Positions 7,377 through 10,502 of a stretch of DNA of 10,502 nucleotides are shown one piece after another. Each line of letters begins with the position of its first letter. Within the stretch, counting starts at the first letter, position 1. The translations under genes were made by a program, and so were the position numbers. The notes under the pieces are model-generated. The model had not been told where the DNA came from. It did not search any database and saw nothing but the letters and a program-made list of their open reading frames with translations. Source of the stretch: Octopus sinensis (taxonomy: Eukaryota); the NCBI RefSeq assembly GCF_006345805.1, contig NW_021827385.1:1-10502 (forward strand), read 5' to 3'.

Positions 7377-7615
7377 TCCCAAGGTTTAAAACAAACTTTT
7401 TTAAAATTTATTTATTTACTTATTTTACTTTATTTTATTTCATTTTATTTATTTTTTTTTAAAATTTTATTTTTATGTATTAGACATTCACTAGTACAAC
7501 ACCAAAAAAAAAAAAACCCAAATATATGGCACAGAACTTCCAACCTGTTGTCTCTTGAGGTCTCTGGGTGAGACTTGGAGCCAACTTGTACAGACATAAA
7601 GCAAAAGTCAAACAG
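6470..7615 (+). mobile_element. 5'-truncated non-LTR retrotransposon with restriction-like endonuclease (R4/Dong-like), including 3' UTR
   Basis: Flanked by (AAT)n on both sides; encodes a CCHC knuckle and a PD..D..K..KY nuclease; 3' UTR 7377-7615. Clade assignment is inferred from motifs and the TAA target, not from a phylogeny. Confidence 0.88.
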
Positions 7616-7651
7616 AATAATAATAATAATAATAGTAATAATAATAATAAT

Positions 7652-7755
7652 AAACCCAAATATATGGCACAGAACTTCCAACCTGTTGTCTCTTGAGGTC
7701 TCTGGGTGAGACTTGGAGCCAACTTGTACAGACATAAAGCAAAAGTCAAACATAG
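7652..7755 (+). repeat. Second copy of the LINE's terminal ~100 nt
   Basis: Identical to 7514-7615 except for an extra TA near the end; separated from it by a 36-nt (AAT)n run. Confidence 0.95.
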
Positions 7756-7774
7756 AATAATAATAATAATAATA

Positions 7775-7819
<45 letters not shown>

Positions 7820-8369
7820 GCCCTGATGCAGTACCAGGCAGTGGCTCTCATGGCTTCTGATCTTAACTGATTGGAAGTTTTCATGTACATTGTTTTGTTC
7901 TTGGTATAAAAGATGGGCTACAGCAAATATTCTGCTCAATACCACAGATTTGCTTGTCAGTTGTTTGACCTTAACCGTTGAGCATGTCCCTTAGTGGCTG
8001 ACGATATGTGCATCTCTGATCACGAGCAGAAGTAGTGGGGGAGCATCATAGCCATGTGTTGAGAGGGATTCTTTGGGGTTTGAATAGTTCACCTCTGGAA
8101 ACATGGGTGGTTCTTTCAACATCCTTAAACAACCCTTATTCAGGGACCGTTTGAAGGGGATGGGCTACTCAACCAGAAGAAAATTCTAACTGGCCCCACC
8201 TGCAAGGTCATGTGCTGTTTATCTTGATATGAGATCACCATGTCGCGCACATATGGTTGTGATGCATGTGCCTGGTGTACCTTTATCAGACCGGGTAGCA
8301 TGATGGGTATATTGGGCTTCGTATATTTTACCCCGTGTCACTTTGATGGCATGAACTGCTCTCTCACTC
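7820..8369 (+). mobile_element. Copy B of the ~550-nt AAT-targeted element (550 nt)
   Basis: Same termini as copies A and C; flanked by (AAT)n. Confidence 0.9.
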
Positions 8370-8390
8370 ATGATAATAATAATAATAATA

Positions 8391-8431
<41 letters not shown>

Positions 8432-8972
8432 GCCCTGATGCAGTACCAGGCAGTGGTTCTCATGGCATCTGATCTTAACTGATTGGAAGTGTTATCATGT
8501 ACATTGTTTTGTCTTGGTATAAAAGATGGGCTACAGCAAATATTCTGCTCAATACCACAGATTTGCTTGTCAGTTGTTTGACCTTAACCAGTTGAGCATG
8601 TCCCTTAGTGGCTGACAATATGTGCATCTCTGATCACGAGCAGAAGTAGTGGAGGAGCATCATCGCCATGTGTTGAGAGGGATTCTTTGGGAGTTGAATA
8701 ATTCACTTCTGGAAAAATGGGTGTTTCGTTCAACATCTTTAAACAACCCTTATTCAGAGAGCTTTTGAGCAAGATGGGTTACTCGACCAGAAGAAAATTC
8801 TAACTGGGCCACACCTGCAAAGTCATCTGGTTTTTATCTTGATATGAGATCACCATGTCGCGCACATATGGTTGTGATGCATGTGCCTAGTGTACCCTTA
8901 TCAGACGGGTATACTGGGCTTCGTATATTTTACCCCAGTGTCACTTTGATGGCATGCACTGCTCTCCCACTC
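8432..8972 (+). mobile_element. Copy C of the ~550-nt AAT-targeted element (541 nt)
   Basis: Same termini; 13-nt deletion between two GGGTA repeats near 8907. Confidence 0.9.
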
Positions 8973-8983
8973 AATAATATAAG

Positions 8984-9033
<50 letters not shown>

Positions 9034-9254
9034 TAGGCATGATAACAAACTATACAGACAAATACATAACAAAATCACCAGGACTTACAAACACATATAC
9101 ATACAGAAAATTGCACTACTAGGCACTGCACACATCCTACGCAGAACACTTTCCATACAATACCATCAGAGCATCACAACAAATCAAGCACATACCCAAG
9201 GCACACAGAGCTGCGCTCGGTAGTGAAGTGAAAGCACGCTATAAAATAAAACTA

Positions 9255-9257
<3 letters not shown>
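9034..9257 (+). mobile_element. Short 3' fragment of a second RLE-LINE family (last ~40 codons + distinct 3' UTR)
   Basis: Translates LGMITNYTDKY...(frameshift)...IQKIALLGTAHILRRTLS, homologous to ALGMI...IQKIVLMGTAHILRKILS at 7250-7376; ends ACTACTG|AATAAT. Confidence 0.88.
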
Positions 9258-9291
<34 letters not shown>

Positions 9292-9363
9292 TAATAATAA
9301 TAATAATAATATTAAATAATAATAATAATGATGATGATGATGATGATGATGATAATAATAATG

Positions 9364-9417
<54 letters not shown>

Positions 9418-9430
9418 GTAATGATAATAT
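9258..9430. repeat. (AAT)n/(GAT)n microsatellite
   Basis: Direct reading; source of the poly-N/poly-I ORFs. Confidence 0.95.
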
Positions 9431-9634
9431 ACTGAAGAACGTTTAGTTTGCAGTGACGTTCTATACCTGTGGACAGTTCATTGGATGCAAGTGAACAGCT
9501 TATGACAGAGAGACCATATACATTGTGTATCAAAGTTAGATATTTCCTAGGTAATGCTTAGGTGACAGATACATTTGTTTGATTGTTTACTTTATCAGAA
9601 TTCCGAAACTTCAAGAAATATGAGCGTGTATTAT

Positions 9635-9795
9635 TTTTAACAAGGGAACTCGAAGTAGATAAAGACATAACTAATAGTGTGATGAATATTGGATTAAAAA
9701 TCTCTTTGGTGGAAATAAGCTGAGGGCTACCATCAACTTATGTCCATCCAAAGAGTTATTCAAGGCTTTATCTACTCCGAGCTCTATCGTTAAAA
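9635..9795. other. ~160-nt imperfect fold-back (MITE-like or pre-miRNA-like hairpin)
   Basis: Nested arms 9635-9641/9789-9795, 9646-9664/9766-9784 (17/19 Watson-Crick) and 9702-9755 (22 bp in 54 nt). Confidence 0.65.
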
Positions 9796-10033
9796 CTATT
9801 TCACCAAAAAAGATGAGTGAATGTAGCAAGGATGGCACGTATGAATGACGAAGCCACCTTGAGTACGATCCTATGAACCCGGAAAATTTTAAAACAGAGA
9901 GTTACTTACTTGCAAATAAATGTGTTAACATGTGAAATTATTGACCGAGGTTACCGTGGTCTTTTCCGTTGGATTTTCTTTCCACGAATAAACCTTATCT
10001 GTTTCCCATTTTACACTTTACATTTCTGTGATG

Positions 10034-10112
10034 CACGATCCCTATTGATCGTTTTTTTTTTCTCCCTTTCACGATCCCTTTTGATCGAAAGCCTACCCCA
10101 CTTTTTTCTCCC
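10034..10112. repeat. Short tandem duplication of a hairpin + pyrimidine tract
   Basis: CACGATCCCT(A/T)TTGATCG at 10034 and 10070; TTTTTTCTCCC follows each. Confidence 0.7.
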
Positions 10113-10259
10113 CTAAAAAGAAGAGCTCTACTTTGTAATCTGTCCCGTCTGTGTGCAGCCCTGTGTGGCTAATACAGAAACATATATTCTAGTGAAAATT
10201 TGGCTTACAACTAGAAACTGGACTGTAGAAAATAGTCTGTTTGTGAACGGACGCTAAAA

Positions 10260-10427
10260 TTTGCGTCAGTTTGTGTACTAGGGAACATTTTATCTATCAT
10301 AATCAGAGCTAGTAAACACGTTAGTTAACGGATATAGACGTTAGTACATTAATGAGTACACTTTTAAGCTGTTAAATAGACATCGAAAGTTTGCGCCTAT
10401 CTGTGCATTAGTGAACATTTTGTTTAT
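10260..10427. repeat. Diverged direct repeat, 130-bp period
   Basis: 10260-10297 vs 10390-10427 match at 29/38 nt without gaps. Confidence 0.6.
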
Positions 10428-10502
10428 TAGAGCCAAAGCAAGTACATAATTCCTCGCCATATCGCAGTTCACCTATCATGGTTTATTATCTAAGCTTACG
10501 TC

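Noticed and set aside
7820-7900. HDV-like ribozyme at the 5' end of the 550-nt element
   Set aside because: I could not assemble P1/P1.1/P2/P3 with a catalytic C in J4/2 by eye; left as an open test, not a call.
7915-7995. tRNA-like segment on the minus strand of the 550-nt element (TGCTCAACTGG..TAAGG)
   Set aside because: A-box-like only; no B box, no cloverleaf, and it is internal rather than terminal.
5746-9430. CRISPR-like repeat/spacer array
   Set aside because: The repeats are variable-length trinucleotide runs and the inserts are recurrent mobile elements in a eukaryotic context; no cas genes.
803-9533. The many 60-190 aa ORFs rich in YI, HT, CV, poly-I, poly-N or poly-L
   Set aside because: They are translations of stop-free microsatellite frames or antisense/alternative frames of repeats, with no domain motifs.
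9703-9725. miR-9 homologue (shares UCUUUGGU)
   Set aside because: Only the first 8 nt match; the rest of the arm and the star arm do not.
10035-10061. Rho-independent terminator
   Set aside because: Eukaryotic context with no upstream gene; recorded only as a hairpin.

Overview
AT-rich eukaryotic non-genic (intergenic or intronic) DNA with no supportable host gene. The repeat landscape (tRNA-headed SINE with an internal (TA)n/(TG)n tract, dense TA/CA/TAA microsatellites) resembles octopus/cephalopod genomes; this is an inference. Most listed ORFs are microsatellite artefacts. The only real coding remnants are a DD37D (maT-type) Tc1/mariner transposase C-terminal half (3109-3714, minus) and two restriction-like-endonuclease (R4/Dong-like) non-LTR retrotransposon 3' fragments (6470-7615 and 9034-9257). 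Two things stand out. (1) Three type I hammerhead ribozyme motifs lie on the minus strand within 2 kb (886-943, 1510-1545, 2748-2830), each with a palindromic or near-palindromic, almost loopless stem III, plus a coreless half-motif at 1709-1740. The first sits in a ~1.5-unit tandem repeat whose outer boundary falls 4 nt from the predicted cleavage site (retrozyme/Penelope-like), and that repeat also carries a textbook 370-bp Helitron with empty-site paralogues alongside. (2) An (AAT)n microsatellite hub (5746-9430) has taken six same-strand insertions: three copies of a ~550-nt non-coding structured element with fixed ends and three LINE-derived pieces. All structures were folded by eye and need computational and experimental confirmation.
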